NCBI GenBank assembly: GCA_019654055.1 | Contig: BPDA01000002.1 | Location: forward strand, 5,911 to 69,910 | Direction of reading: 5' to 3' | From: Methanobacteriota archaeon | GTDB taxonomy: Archaea > Thermoplasmatota > Poseidoniia > Poseidoniales > Thalassarchaeaceae | Length of the DNA: 64,000 nt | Part shown: piece after piece, positions 40,726 through 51,120 of the stretch | How positions within the stretch are numbered: the stretch's first letter is position 1 | How the letters are laid out: every line of letters begins with the position of its first letter | Translations under genes and position numbers: made by a program | The notes under the pieces: generated by a model | Told to the model about the DNA's origin: nothing | Databases searched by the model: none | Seen by the model: the letters and a program-made list of their open reading frames with translations, nothing else

Positions 40726-40783
40726 CGCAAGACCTCTGTTTCGTTACGTGCTGTCGCCGGGCATGCTTCAATCTTGACCCGGA

Positions 40784-41305
40784 TTAGGCCGCAGTGTAGC
40801 CGCTACCATCGTTTTCGACGTCACCGGTCCTCTGCAGCTCCTTCAGGTGGGACAGCGCTTGGTCCTGCGCCAGCAGGGGATGCGCTCCCGGGCTGTCCGA
40901 GTATGCCGCGCTGGCGATGCTGGGGATGTCTGAGTTGCCTTCCCGTACCGCCTCGAGGACCTTCTGGTGCCTCGCCTTCCGGTGCTCGATGTAGTGTGTC
41001 AGCAGCCTCTCAGGGTTGGCGACGAGGGGGCCGTGGCCCGGGAAGAGCACCTTGGGCCTCAGATCACGTATCCTCTCGAGGCCGGAGATGTAAGCACCCA
41101 TGTCGCCCTCGCCAGAAGGCACCAGGATGGTACCAACAGTCGAACAGTTGTCCCCGGACACCACACCTGGCTCCCCGACCAGGCAGATCTGTCCGGGACA
41201 GTGCCCCGGACTCTCGATTACATCCCAGCGGACACCTCCGCTCGGTCCCTCGAGCACGAACGAGTTACCCTCGCTGAGCACGCGGTCAGTTTTCACAGGG
41301 GGCAA
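40784..41305 (-). CDS. Nudix-MBL fusion gene, fragment 3: C-terminal half of the metallo-beta-lactamase fold
   Basis: Motifs WDVIESPGHCPGQICL and VLFPGHGPLV are present. Confidence 0.65.
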   Translation of the reverse strand: MPPVKTDRVLSEGNSFVLEGPSGGVRWDVIESPGHCPGQICLVGEPGVVSGDNCSTVGTILVPSGEGDMGAYISGLERIRDLRPKVLFPGHGPLVANPERLLTHYIEHRKARHQKVLEAVREGNSDIPSIASAAYSDSPGAHPLLAQDQALSHLKELQRTGDVENDGSGYTAA

Positions 41306-42092
41306 TTGACGCTAGGGTCTCCTGACTGGCCCATATCGGGGCTTGGTAGATTTCCGAGATGCGAGTCAAATCCCCCACGTGGTCGGGGTGCCTGTGGGTG
41401 AAGATAGTGGCCGTGATGGAACTCCCGTCATCATGTATCTCCTGCACCTTGAGGGCCAATTCCTCGAGCCCCTCCTCGTCCCTAGATGCGGGATCAACAA
41501 TGACGCGCTCCCCTCCCCTCTCTCCCAAGATGAAGCAGTTGGTGTGAGTGGCCGGGGGTAGAGTCGCGGTTCGAATCAGTATGCATTCGACACCCGGGCC
41601 GTACTCGAATCTGTGCGGGCCTGAGGGCGGGTCGGCCGCTAGGGCGTCGCACGCGGACTGCAGGTCGCCCTCACGCTCTATGGCCTCGACCAAGTCGCGT
41701 GTGAGTGTCACTATTGGAGGCGGGAGCCGCAATTCGTTGGCCTCCCAGGACGCGATTAGATCAGATGGCCTCCACCATCGGAACTCGTCGAACTCCGAGC
41801 GGCCCGGAGGGAATGACGGGGTGACGCCGGGGTCTCCAGTCGGGACGTGGTAGAACAGGTTGTGGAAGCGAGCAGGGGCCTGAGGAGGGGTAATCCGCTC
41901 GGTGATCATCTCGCAGTGAAACCCGTCAGCAGTCAGCTCGCCCGACTCCATCGACTCCAACCAACCCGTCTTGTCGCCACAGACCAACTCTCTGACTTCG
42001 GCACTGACTTCGCAGAAACCACCAGCGCCATCCGGCGCGACACCCAACTCCTCGACCATCTCCCTCAGTAGTGCGAACGTGGAGACACCCAT
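41286..42092 (-). CDS. Nudix-MBL fusion gene, fragment 2: Nudix box and N-terminal half of the MBL fold
   Basis: The Nudix box end is FALLREMVEELGV. The MBL motif is IFTHRHPDHVGD (HxHxDH). Confidence 0.65.
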   Translation of the reverse strand: MGVSTFALLREMVEELGVAPDGAGGFCEVSAEVRELVCGDKTGWLESMESGELTADGFHCEMITERITPPQAPARFHNLFYHVPTGDPGVTPSFPPGRSEFDEFRWWRPSDLIASWEANELRLPPPIVTLTRDLVEAIEREGDLQSACDALAADPPSGPHRFEYGPGVECILIRTATLPPATHTNCFILGERGGERVIVDPASRDEEGLEELALKVQEIHDDGSSITATIFTHRHPDHVGDLTRISEIYQAPIWASQETLASIAPCEN

Positions 42093-42330
42093 CGGCCCCC
42101 CTATCTGAGAGCCACTCTGGATGGGATTCGGCAGCAGACCTGTCGACCCTACTGATTCCGCCTCCCGGGAAGGCCCAGACGTCCGGGAAGGCTGGAAGCT
42201 CGGATACGCGATGACCTAGGAGTATCTCGTGGCCCCCGGAACGCTCTCTGCTGAGAATCACCGAGGCTGACGGGTGAGGGGTTGTAATCTCAGACTTGGG
42301 CATCTCCATCCCCTCTGGCAACTCTCCCAT
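41926..42330 (-). CDS. Nudix-MBL fusion gene, fragment 1: Nudix N-terminus (only about 42093-42330 used)
   Basis: ASVILSRERSGGHEILLGHRVSELPAFPDVWAFPGGGI is present. The join to fragment 2 is at the C6 run 42096-42101. Confidence 0.5.
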   Translation of the reverse strand: MGELPEGMEMPKSEITTPHPSASVILSRERSGGHEILLGHRVSELPAFPDVWAFPGGGISRVDRSAAESHPEWLSDRGADGCLHVRTTEGDGRGVGCRAGWRWWFLRSQCRSQRVGLWRQDGLVGVDGVGRADC

Positions 42331-42404
42331 GCATGTTCGACGAGGTACGACGCTTCAACCTCGCTACAATAACGATTGAATACGTAATCTAACCTTCGCA
42401 GAGC

Positions 42405-43253
42405 ATGGACTCGTTCACCATCGCGAACACAAGCACCAGCACTGGTGAGAGACTGCATCAGGTCGACATGCCGAGGTTCGGACTGGGTGTCTACCTGATG
42501 GGAGAGCCCGGCGAGTGCAAGTCCTCCGTATTGTACGCGCTCGAGCAGGGCTACAGGCTCATCGACACCGCGATGGCTTACGGCAACGAGGACGAGGTTG
42601 GGCAGGCAATAAGGGAGTCAGGGATTCCCAGAGACGACATCTTCGTCGTAACAAAGTTACGACAACCCCACGCCAACAGCCACGAGGAGACGGTTCAGAG
42701 GTGCCAGCAGAGCCTAGAGAACCTCGGTCTGGATTACATGGACCTGTACCTAGTCCACGCACCACCCAAGGACATCGGCGCGAGGGCCCCGGTCTGGCAA
42801 GGCATGGAAGAGTGCCTGTCCAACGGCTGGACCCGCTCCATAGGTGTCAGCAACTACGGCGCACACCACCTTGATGCGATGCTGTCATACGCCTCCGTGA
42901 TGCCCTCAGTCAACCAGGTCGAGATTAACCCATGGCTGCAGAGGCCCGCTCTGCGAGCCGCCACGGAAGGCATTGGGGCGAAGGTGATGGCATACTCCCC
43001 TCTCGCTCGTGGCCACAAGCTCGACGACTCGGGCATATCCGGGATCGCAGCCTCTCTGGGGTGCACCCCCGCTCAAGCAGCGATCAAGTGGTGCTTCGAT
43101 GCCGGAGCGATTACCATTCCGAAGTCCAGCAAGCCGACTAGGATTTCGGAGAATCTGGCTTCTTTGGAGGTCGACCTGTCTGGAACCGAGGAGGAGTTCG
43201 CCGCTCTCGAGGAGTCCTACGTCTCAGGATGGGACCCGACCTCGGAGCCGTGA
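42405..43253 (+). CDS. Aldo/keto reductase (2,5-diketo-D-gluconate reductase-like)
   Basis: Motifs GYRLIDTAMAYGNE, FVVTKL, DLYLVHAP, GVSNY and QVEINPW are present. Confidence 0.8.
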   Translation: MDSFTIANTSTSTGERLHQVDMPRFGLGVYLMGEPGECKSSVLYALEQGYRLIDTAMAYGNEDEVGQAIRESGIPRDDIFVVTKLRQPHANSHEETVQRCQQSLENLGLDYMDLYLVHAPPKDIGARAPVWQGMEECLSNGWTRSIGVSNYGAHHLDAMLSYASVMPSVNQVEINPWLQRPALRAATEGIGAKVMAYSPLARGHKLDDSGISGIAASLGCTPAQAAIKWCFDAGAITIPKSSKPTRISENLASLEVDLSGTEEEFAALEESYVSGWDPTSEP

Positions 43254-43259
43254 GCCTAG

Positions 43260-43454
43260 ATGGAGCCGCCCGAGACAATCGAGGAGGAGCTCGCCATCAT
43301 CGCCGAGGCGATAGACGCTGGCATAGACCCGTTTCCCACCGAAGAAAGAGCCCAGTGGATGGGCGAAGACAGCTCTTGGCTGGTTCATGATCATCATCAT
43401 GGTGAGTTGGGTCTCGCAGTTGCTTTACCGCTCTTTGTGACGCGGTTTTGGTAG
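43260..43454 (+). CDS. Questionable small acidic ORF
   Basis: The only support is an ATG 4 nt after the AKR stop and acidic composition. Its 3' end runs into the tRNA-Gln gene on the other strand. Confidence 0.2.
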   Translation: MEPPETIEEELAIIAEAIDAGIDPFPTEERAQWMGEDSSWLVHDHHHGELGLAVALPLFVTRFW

Positions 43455-43524
43455 TCCCTCCCGGATTCGAACCAGGGTCACGAGATCCAGAGTCTCGTAT
43501 GATGGACCACTACACTAAGGGACT
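43449..43524 (-). tRNA. tRNA-Gln (CTG) with encoded CCA
   Basis: I folded it by hand. The acceptor stem is AGTCCCT/AGGGACT. The anticodon arm is CGAGA-CTCTGGA-TCTCG. The T arm is CCTGG-TTCGAAT-CCGGG. It is 73 nt plus CCA. Confidence 0.9.
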
Positions 43525-43581
43525 AGCGAGCGAGCGAGTCGGGTTCGCTATTTCAACGAATCCGACCACTAAAGAGGCCAC

Positions 43582-44616
43582 TCAGTCCCCGCGGAAGGCC
43601 GCGTTGATACCAGCTAAATCAGCCTCGCTGGGCCGTAGTTCGGCCTCGCTCAGAGCGGACAGCGGAGTCTCGGTCAGGCCGATCTCCTCGTCAGCGGTCT
43701 GCATACTGTCGTCGTAGTACAGAAGACCCGTGACGTGCTTACCCTCCTTCTCAGCGCGATGTATTGCAGATAGCGCGGAGACGGCGTCGGATGGATCGTG
43801 GTCATCGCCCACGGTCTCTAGTCGCAGGGTGGAGCCATCGAACATCTGGATGTCATCGTACTCCCCCTCGGGGATATCGACCTCCTCCAGTGGGGTGAAG
43901 TGCGGAATGTAGTCCAGCATGTGCAGGACCTCGTCGTTCTCCTTGACGTAGTTGTAGGACTTGTAGGACTCGTCGTTGTTGGCGAATGTGACGCACGGTG
44001 AGATGACGTCTATCACTGCCATGCCACGGTGCCCCATCGCTGCTCTAATCAGTGCCGTCAGCTGCTTCTTGCTGCCGGAGAACGAGCGCGCGACGAAACT
44101 ACATCCGAGGTTGATTGCCATCGCGCACAGGTCGATAGGAGGTTGTTCGTTCATGGTCCCCTTCTTCTTCCTGGAACCCTTCTCCACGGTGGCGCTGTAC
44201 TGCCCCTTGGTCAGCCCGTATACGCCATTGTTCTCGATTATGTAGACCATGTCGAGGTTGCGCCTGATGGCGTGGACGAATTGCCCGATTCCGATGCTTG
44301 CTGTGTCCCCATCACCCGAGACGGCGATGAATGACAGGCTTTTGTTGGCCATGCTCGCACCGGTGGTCACCGATGGCATCCTGCCGTGGACGGTGTTGAA
44401 GCCGTGGCTCTTGCCTAGGAAGTAGGCTGGCGTCTTGGAGGAGCACCCGATGCCGCTCATCTTGGCTATGCCCTCGGGCGGGATGCCGTTCTCCCATGCC
44501 GCCTGGATGATGACGTTGGAAATCTGGTCGTGCCCGCAACCCGGGCACAGCGAGGACTTGCCTCCGGTGTACTCAGACTTCTCCAAGTCGATCACGTTGA
44601 GTTTCATTACGCTCAC
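43582..44616 (-). CDS. korB: 2-oxoacid:ferredoxin oxidoreductase, beta subunit
   Basis: Motifs CPGCGH and the TPP-binding GDGD...NN are present. It overlaps korA by 4 nt. Confidence 0.85.
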   Translation of the reverse strand: MSVMKLNVIDLEKSEYTGGKSSLCPGCGHDQISNVIIQAAWENGIPPEGIAKMSGIGCSSKTPAYFLGKSHGFNTVHGRMPSVTTGASMANKSLSFIAVSGDGDTASIGIGQFVHAIRRNLDMVYIIENNGVYGLTKGQYSATVEKGSRKKKGTMNEQPPIDLCAMAINLGCSFVARSFSGSKKQLTALIRAAMGHRGMAVIDVISPCVTFANNDESYKSYNYVKENDEVLHMLDYIPHFTPLEEVDIPEGEYDDIQMFDGSTLRLETVGDDHDPSDAVSALSAIHRAEKEGKHVTGLLYYDDSMQTADEEIGLTETPLSALSEAELRPSEADLAGINAAFRGD

Positions 44617-46433
44617 ACGGTCACCTCTAGGGTCTCTAGAATCTTGTCTGCGTAGACGCGTGCGCGAGGCGGTATGCCATCGGTGTAGGCGACGCTGTGA
44701 AGTCGTGGCAGCAGTTCAACAGGCAACTCCTTGCGCAGGATTCCGTAGAGCTGACCGTCACGGTTTATCTCGAGGACGATGACCTTGTCGTGCCTCTCGA
44801 TGAAGCTCTCCACCTCGGAGTGATAGGGCAGGGCCCTGACGCGGCAGGTGCTGACCGACAGGCCGGTAGACTCCAACATGTCATCTATCTCGGTGATGGA
44901 GTTCTCCATGGAACCGTAGTAGATTACCCCAATCTGCTGTTCCTCCTCCTCTCTGATGACCGGTGCCGGGAGGAGGTCGCGCGCGCCGTCGATTTTCCTG
45001 CGCAGGCGGGAGACGGTGGCGTAGTAGACATCGGGGTCTTCCGAATACACCCCATCCTCGTCATGCCCGGTGCCCCGGTAGAGGACGGGATCGAGCCCGC
45101 TGCCGGGAAGGGTCCTGTATGGAATGCCGTCCCCGTCGACGTCCCGGTAGCGGCCGTAGTCGGCCACCGCATCCAGTTCGTCTTGCGTGCGGAGTACCTT
45201 GCCCCGATCCATAGGGGAGTCCGGGTACTGGAATCCTGCCGTCGACCAGTTGTTCATGCCAAGATCGAGGTCGCTGAACCCGAACACGAGGGTCTGGAAT
45301 CTCTCGGCGTAGTCGAAGATTCTCCAGCCGTACTCGAAGCACTCGTCAACGGTCCCGGGGATTATGACGATGTGCTGGGTGTCGCCGTGGCTGGCCTCAT
45401 ACAGCATCGACAGGTCGCCTTGCTGGGTGCGGGTTGGTAGTCCAGTCGACGGACCGACCCTGTTGATGTCCCAAATCACGCCTGGGACCTCAGCGAAGTA
45501 GGCCAGCCCGATGAACTCGGACATTAGAGAGATGCCCGGGCCGCTGGTGCACGTCATCCCACGGCCACCGGCCCACCCGGCCCCGATTACCATGCCGGCT
45601 GCGGCCAACTCGTCCTCGGCTTGGATGACCGCGCAGGTCGCGCCACCGTCGTCCCCCTCTCTGAGTTTCGGCAGCCACTCGATGATGCTCTCAGCCAAGG
45701 ATGAGGATGGTGTAATGGGGTACCACGAGAGCATGTTGACACCTCCGAAGATCGAGCCCAGGGCAACTGCCTCGTTACCCTCGACTAGGAAAGCGTCGGG
45801 GTCCTTGTCACGAGCCTCGACGCAGTAGGGTATGCCACCCTCCCAGTTCTCCTCGGCGTAGGCCCGGCCCTCTCCGATAGCCCTCGTGTTAAGCTCGATT
45901 GCCTTCTCCTTGCCCTTGAATTGCCTCCCGAGGGCATCGCTGACGGCGGCATCATCGATGCCCAGAAGATGCGCCAGTGCCCCGACATAGTACATGTTGC
46001 ACATCAGGCGGGCCAGTTTCGGGTTGATTCCCCTAGCCATCTTGGTCATCGGCATTCCGAATGAGGGACAGTCGTCCCTGTCTACTGGGAGCTTGACGTC
46101 CTCGTTGTAGATAACCACGGTTCCCGGCTCCAGACTGTCGAGGTCCTTTTGCCAGGTGTCCTTGTTCATCAGTACCTGGATATGCGCCTTGTCGCCTGGT
46201 GCTTGGTATCCCCTGTCGCTAGCGCGGATTATGAACCACGTGGGGAGGCCGGAGATGTTGCTGGGGAAGAGGTTCTTGCCGCTCACAGGGACGCCCATCT
46301 GGAACATCGAATTGAGAACAATCAGGTTAGCGGACTGGGACCCCGTCCCGTTCGCCGTTGCTATATTGATAGTGAAGTCGTTGCAGATACGCTCCATCGT
46401 TTCCTGCTTCTCCATGGCTCGGCTCGGCACCAC
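44613..46433 (-). CDS. korA: 2-oxoacid:ferredoxin oxidoreductase, alpha (fused gamma-alpha) subunit
   Basis: The gamma-like N-terminus is GTGSQSANLIV. The alpha domain has GNEAVALG..FGGV...YPITPSS. The ATG at 46415 is a possible alternative start. Confidence 0.85.
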   Translation of the reverse strand: MVPSRAMEKQETMERICNDFTINIATANGTGSQSANLIVLNSMFQMGVPVSGKNLFPSNISGLPTWFIIRASDRGYQAPGDKAHIQVLMNKDTWQKDLDSLEPGTVVIYNEDVKLPVDRDDCPSFGMPMTKMARGINPKLARLMCNMYYVGALAHLLGIDDAAVSDALGRQFKGKEKAIELNTRAIGEGRAYAEENWEGGIPYCVEARDKDPDAFLVEGNEAVALGSIFGGVNMLSWYPITPSSSLAESIIEWLPKLREGDDGGATCAVIQAEDELAAAGMVIGAGWAGGRGMTCTSGPGISLMSEFIGLAYFAEVPGVIWDINRVGPSTGLPTRTQQGDLSMLYEASHGDTQHIVIIPGTVDECFEYGWRIFDYAERFQTLVFGFSDLDLGMNNWSTAGFQYPDSPMDRGKVLRTQDELDAVADYGRYRDVDGDGIPYRTLPGSGLDPVLYRGTGHDEDGVYSEDPDVYYATVSRLRRKIDGARDLLPAPVIREEEEQQIGVIYYGSMENSITEIDDMLESTGLSVSTCRVRALPYHSEVESFIERHDKVIVLEINRDGQLYGILRKELPVELLPRLHSVAYTDGIPPRARVYADKILETLEVTV

Positions 46434-46538
46434 CTAGGGGTTCGCGCAGGGTGACCCGGTAATAATCCGGTCTTAGCCGTTCCCGTCACCTAGTCACTGG
46501 ATTTAGCGTGATTCCGCGTGCGTTGGCATTTTCAATGA

Positions 46539-47594
46539 GTGCGCTTTCCGCCGCCCATGCCTATCCCCGAGAAGCTACAGGTTGCATGGGCCGAGGCCAC
46601 CGCCTTAACCGAATCCGGAGAGCCTGAGAAGGCCTTGGAAATACTACGCTCAGAGGCTTGGGATGCCTGCGAGAACGGTGCTCAGCAGGCGAGGACCCTG
46701 CGCTTCGCCGGGGACGCGGGTACGGACCTTGGGGAGAAGGACACTGCCAATCAGAAGCGCCACTGGCAGCGCGCCCACAAGAATTACCGTAAGGCGCTTA
46801 ACTTCGATCCCAAGAACAAGGAGACTAGGCGACGTATGAACAAGCTCGCCTCTATGATGGATGAGCAGGCCATATCCATGGGAGTGGGCCTCCAATTCTT
46901 CGACGAGGGCAACCCGACTCCGTTCGGACTGGTGTCCCTGCTAATTGCCGGAATGCTACTCCTAGTCTCGTTCAAGGTGGTCACGGACTGGTTCGACGGA
47001 CCTGATGACAACCCGGTGGTGACCCTTGAGATATCCTACATGCCACCAGGCGAGAACGAGAGGGTGACTGCGTTCATTGAGATCGAGCTCTATCAGGACG
47101 ACGCACCCATCCACGTGGAAAACTTCGTGCTGCTCACCGAGCAGTTCCGGTACGACTTCACCTCCTTCCACAGAATCATAGACGATTTCATGATTCAAGG
47201 GGGCGACTTCGAAAACCACGACGGCACAGGGGGGTACACAGCGAAGTGGTACGGCTTCTGCAACGGAGAGGAGTTCGACAGTTCCGGAAACAGGCACAGT
47301 CAGGAGTCCTGCGAACAATCCCAGTGGTCACTCCCCGACGAGGCCGACAATGGTCTCCTCCACCTCCCGGGGTCCCTCGCCATGGCCAAGACCAACTCTC
47401 CCAACACCGGTAGCAGCCAGTTCTACATCGTGCCCGACGACAGCACCCCGAGTCACCTCGACGGAGTGCACACGGTCTTCGGTAAGGTCATCAGCGGCAT
47501 GAATCATGTGACAGCCATTAGCGAGGTAGAAACCGGCAGCGGAGACACTCCGATCAACGAGGTCCGCCTGATGCACGTCACGGTGAATGATTGA
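46539..47594 (+). CDS. Cyclophilin-type peptidyl-prolyl isomerase with an N-terminal helical (TPR-like) region and a TM helix
   Basis: Motifs FHRIIDDFMIQGGDF and SLAMAKTNSPNTGSSQFYIV are present. The likely start is the ATG at 46557. Confidence 0.8.
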   Translation: MRFPPPMPIPEKLQVAWAEATALTESGEPEKALEILRSEAWDACENGAQQARTLRFAGDAGTDLGEKDTANQKRHWQRAHKNYRKALNFDPKNKETRRRMNKLASMMDEQAISMGVGLQFFDEGNPTPFGLVSLLIAGMLLLVSFKVVTDWFDGPDDNPVVTLEISYMPPGENERVTAFIEIELYQDDAPIHVENFVLLTEQFRYDFTSFHRIIDDFMIQGGDFENHDGTGGYTAKWYGFCNGEEFDSSGNRHSQESCEQSQWSLPDEADNGLLHLPGSLAMAKTNSPNTGSSQFYIVPDDSTPSHLDGVHTVFGKVISGMNHVTAISEVETGSGDTPINEVRLMHVTVND

Positions 47595-47627
47595 GGCCCA
47601 ACCTCGTTTTGCTAATGGGTCAACTTC

Positions 47628-50354
47628 ATGGAGCACATGCCTGCCGACATCACCGTAGGTGATGAGATGGGCGAGGCAGACCCCTTCGGCGCAAGGTCCA
47701 CCTTCGTAGCCAGCGATGGTTCGACTGCCACCTTCGTGGACATAGGGGCGCTTGAGAGGTCGGGAGCATGCGACCTGTCCCGGATTCCAATCTCTATCCG
47801 CATACTACTCGAAGCGGCGCTTCGTAAGTGCGACGGCTTCCTCGTCACCGAGGAAGACGTCATCAGGATAGCCTCTTGGTCGCCTAAGATGGAACCCGCG
47901 GAGATTCCTTTCAGCCCCAGTCGAGTAATACTGCAGGACTTCACAGGAGTCCCTGCTGTGGTCGACATTGCAGCCCTGCGAGACGCCATGGTTGCGATGG
48001 GCGGGGACCCGGAGAGAGTGAACCCTCAGGTACCGGTCGACTTGGTAGTCGACCACTCCGTCCAAGTTGACGTGTCCGGCCGGTTCCCGGGCGCTCGCGA
48101 GCGCAACCTCGAGATAGAGTACGAGCGCAACCTCGAGCGCTACAAGTTCCTGAAGTGGGGCCAGCAGAGCCTCGACAACTTCCGAGCCGTCCCCCCTGGC
48201 CGCGGCATCGTCCATCAGGTCAACCTCGAGTGGATAGCCAGCGTCGCTCGCGAGGACGAGGGGCTGTGGATTCCCGACACCCTAGTGGGAACTGATTCGC
48301 ACACGACGATGATCAACGGGCTAGGCGTCCTCGGCTGGGGGGTCGGCGGAATCGAGGCCGAGGCAGTGATGCTCGGTCAACCGATCTACATGCTTCTGCC
48401 CGAGGTGGTGGGCTTCGAGCTGACTGGATCGTTGCAGCCAGGAGTCACGGCCACCGACATGACGCTCAGGGTGGTGCAGATGCTGAGGGAGCACGGCTGC
48501 GTCGGCAGATTCGTCGAGTTCCACGGGTCCGGACTGTCCGGCCTTAGCCTACCGGACCGCGCTACGATAGCCAACATGGCACCTGAGTATGGTGCGACAT
48601 GTGGATTCTTCCCCGTTGATCAGGCCACTCTAGACTACATGCTCCTGTCGGGTCGAGACCCATCGCACGTCGAGGATGTCAAGCACTACCTGAGTGCTCA
48701 GGGACTGTTCCACGATGACTCGACGCCGACCCCCGAGTTCACATCCACACTGTCGCTCGACCTCTCCACCGTCGAACCATCGCTGGCCGGGCCGAAGAGG
48801 CCACAAGACAGAGTGCCCCTGTCTGCTATGAAGTCGCACTGGACGGCCAGCCTTAACGCCCCAATCGGCCACCAGGGCCATGGAATCGACCCCTCGCTAA
48901 ACGACGCCAGCGCGGAAATCGCTGGGCGTGATGCGAGCCTGAGGCACGGTGACATCGTCATCGCCGCCATCACGAGCTGCACCAACACCAGCAATCCCAG
49001 TGTGATGGTGGCTGCGGGTCTACTCGCTCGGAACGCACGTGACAGAGGCCTGTCAATCAAGCCTTGGGTGAAGCCTAGCCTCGCCCCAGGCAGCAGGGTC
49101 GTGACCGAGTACTACGACGCCGCTGGCCTGACCGAGGACCTAGACGCCCTCGGATTCAGCGTAGTCGGCTACGGGTGCACCACCTGCATCGGCAACTCGG
49201 GCCCCCTCGACGAGGAGATCGAGACTGCGGTGGACGAGGCCAACCTCGTCGTAGGGAGCGTCCTCTCGGGGAACCGGAACTTCGAGGGCAGGATTCACCA
49301 GAAGGTCAAGGCGAACTACCTCGCTAGCCCCCCGTTGGTGGTTGCCTATGCCCTCGCCGGAAACTTGGACATCGATTTCTCGAACGACCCCATCGGCCAC
49401 ACTTCCTCGGGCGAGCCCGTGATGCTGGCGGACATCTGGCCCAGCGATGCCGAGATCCGTTCGACAGTCGACGGGGTGATTGACCCGGAGATGTTCAAGC
49501 GTCGCTACGAGGACATCCTCAGTGAGCCCCGTTGGGACGCCATCCCCAGCGAGGCAGGGTCACTGTATGGCTGGGACGACTCCTCGACCTATGTCCGCCT
49601 TCCTTCCTTCCTCGAGGGGATCGAGCCCGAACCAGCTCCCATCGAACCCATCCACGGCGCGCGGGTGCTGGTCAAGGTCGGCGATTCCGTGACCACGGAC
49701 CACATCAGCCCAGCCGGGGCATTCCCGCATCACGGTCCCGCCGGCCAGTACCTCGTCGACAAGGGAGTCCAGCCGCGAGACTTCAACTCGTTCGGCAGCC
49801 GACGCGGTAATCACGAGGTTATGGTGCGGGGCACCTTCGCTAACATCCGTATGCGCAATCAGATTGCGCCCGGCACCGAGGGCGGCTTCACCACTCACTT
49901 CCCTTCTGGAGAAGTAACCTCGATATTCGAGGCCAGCAACAGGTACCGACAGGACGCGACGCCGCTGGTCGTACTAGCCGGTTCGGCATACGGCACAGGC
50001 AGCAGCAGGGACTGGGCTGCCAAGGGCACCCTGCTGCTGGGGGTGCGTGCGGTCATAGCCACCTCGTTCGAGAGGATCCACCGCTCCAACCTCGTTGGGA
50101 TGGGAGTCCTCCCACTGACCTTCCTAGAGGAGGAGGACGCCGACAGCCTAGGCTTGGACGGCTCCGAGTCGTTCGACATCCCAGCCAGAGCCGACCTTGA
50201 GCCGATGTCGCTGATACCCGTCACGGCCACCAAGGCGGACGGCAGCATACTGGAGTTCGAAGCAGTGGTGAGGCTGGACACCCCCGTGGAGGTCGAGTAC
50301 TACAGGAACGGGGGTATTCTGCCGACCGTTCTGAGGAATCTGGCCGAAGCATGA
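47628..50354 (+). CDS. acnA: Aconitate hydratase A
   Basis: It is 908 aa with [26 protein letters not shown], the Fe-S ligand region [20 protein letters not shown], and the C-terminal swivel domain SSRDWAAKG. Confidence 0.9.
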   Translation: MEHMPADITVGDEMGEADPFGARSTFVASDGSTATFVDIGALERSGACDLSRIPISIRILLEAALRKCDGFLVTEEDVIRIASWSPKMEPAEIPFSPSRVILQDFTGVPAVVDIAALRDAMVAMGGDPERVNPQVPVDLVVDHSVQVDVSGRFPGARERNLEIEYERNLERYKFLKWGQQSLDNFRAVPPGRGIVHQVNLEWIASVAREDEGLWIPDTLVGTDSHTTMINGLGVLGWGVGGIEAEAVMLGQPIYMLLPEVVGFELTGSLQPGVTATDMTLRVVQMLREHGCVGRFVEFHGSGLSGLSLPDRATIANMAPEYGATCGFFPVDQATLDYMLLSGRDPSHVEDVKHYLSAQGLFHDDSTPTPEFTSTLSLDLSTVEPSLAGPKRPQDRVPLSAMKSHWTASLNAPIGHQGHGIDPSLNDASAEIAGRDASLRHGDIVIAAITSCTNTSNPSVMVAAGLLARNARDRGLSIKPWVKPSLAPGSRVVTEYYDAAGLTEDLDALGFSVVGYGCTTCIGNSGPLDEEIETAVDEANLVVGSVLSGNRNFEGRIHQKVKANYLASPPLVVAYALAGNLDIDFSNDPIGHTSSGEPVMLADIWPSDAEIRSTVDGVIDPEMFKRRYEDILSEPRWDAIPSEAGSLYGWDDSSTYVRLPSFLEGIEPEPAPIEPIHGARVLVKVGDSVTTDHISPAGAFPHHGPAGQYLVDKGVQPRDFNSFGSRRGNHEVMVRGTFANIRMRNQIAPGTEGGFTTHFPSGEVTSIFEASNRYRQDATPLVVLAGSAYGTGSSRDWAAKGTLLLGVRAVIATSFERIHRSNLVGMGVLPLTFLEEEDADSLGLDGSESFDIPARADLEPMSLIPVTATKADGSILEFEAVVRLDTPVEVEYYRNGGILPTVLRNLAEA

Positions 50355-50406
50355 AAACCGTCCTCGCAGCCCGCCGGAGTAGGAGACGACCCTAGGAGAA
50401 TCTGAG

Positions 50407-51078
50407 ATGGAACTGAGGGGCACTGTGAGATTCCGCTTCCGCTCGCCCGAGCACGATGTCGATGTGCTGCTCGAGGGCGACGCCGGATGGGTCAACGGGA
50501 TTCGCGAGGAGCTGGGCCTCTCGGGCGACCTCGGGGTCCTACAGCCGCTGGCTGCGAGACTGGTCGAGCCCAACGAGCCCAATCCGGAGTCGGCCATGGG
50601 TGAGGTGGATGAAGAGATGTTCGAGGAGATGCCCCTGCCCGAGGAGGCAGTGCTGCCCGGCCCCCCACCAGACCCTTCGAGGATTCCCTCGGTGGTCCGC
50701 GTCATCGGCAGCCTCGACGTAGATTCTGGAGTCGCCGAGCTCGGCGGGAGGGAGAGGAGCGACCCAGATATAGATGTCATAATCGAGATTCTAGAAGAGC
50801 TTGAGGATGAGGTCGAGCCGCTCTCGGACAATATGTCGGGAGACCCGATGGCAGAGGCCTGGATCCAACTCATCCTGACCCTCGTCGTCCGCGAGCATGG
50901 GCATACCTCGCTGCCCCTGAGCTCGATAGAGAGGGCCTTGGAGGGCAGGATTAACCGCGAGGGGGCGGAGCTCGAGACCTTCCTCTACCGCCTTTGGACC
51001 ATGGGAAGACTGGAGAGGATACACGGAGGGGCTGAAATCCAGTACGCGCCGAATCCGAGTTGGCTGGAGTTGCGGTAA
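50407..51078 (+). CDS. Acidic hypothetical protein (possible C-terminal winged-helix)
   Basis: Codon periodicity is consistent with its neighbours. I recognised no motif. Confidence 0.4.
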   Translation: MELRGTVRFRFRSPEHDVDVLLEGDAGWVNGIREELGLSGDLGVLQPLAARLVEPNEPNPESAMGEVDEEMFEEMPLPEEAVLPGPPPDPSRIPSVVRVIGSLDVDSGVAELGGRERSDPDIDVIIEILEELEDEVEPLSDNMSGDPMAEAWIQLILTLVVREHGHTSLPLSSIERALEGRINREGAELETFLYRLWTMGRLERIHGGAEIQYAPNPSWLELR

Positions 51079-51120
51079 AGCTCCTGAAGCCACCAACTCC
51101 TATGGAGTTGCTCAACTCAT

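Noticed and set aside
43260-43454. The 64-aa ORF as a confident gene
   Set aside because: It has no recognisable motif, and its 3' end overlaps the tRNA-Gln gene on the opposite strand. I kept it only as a low-confidence feature.
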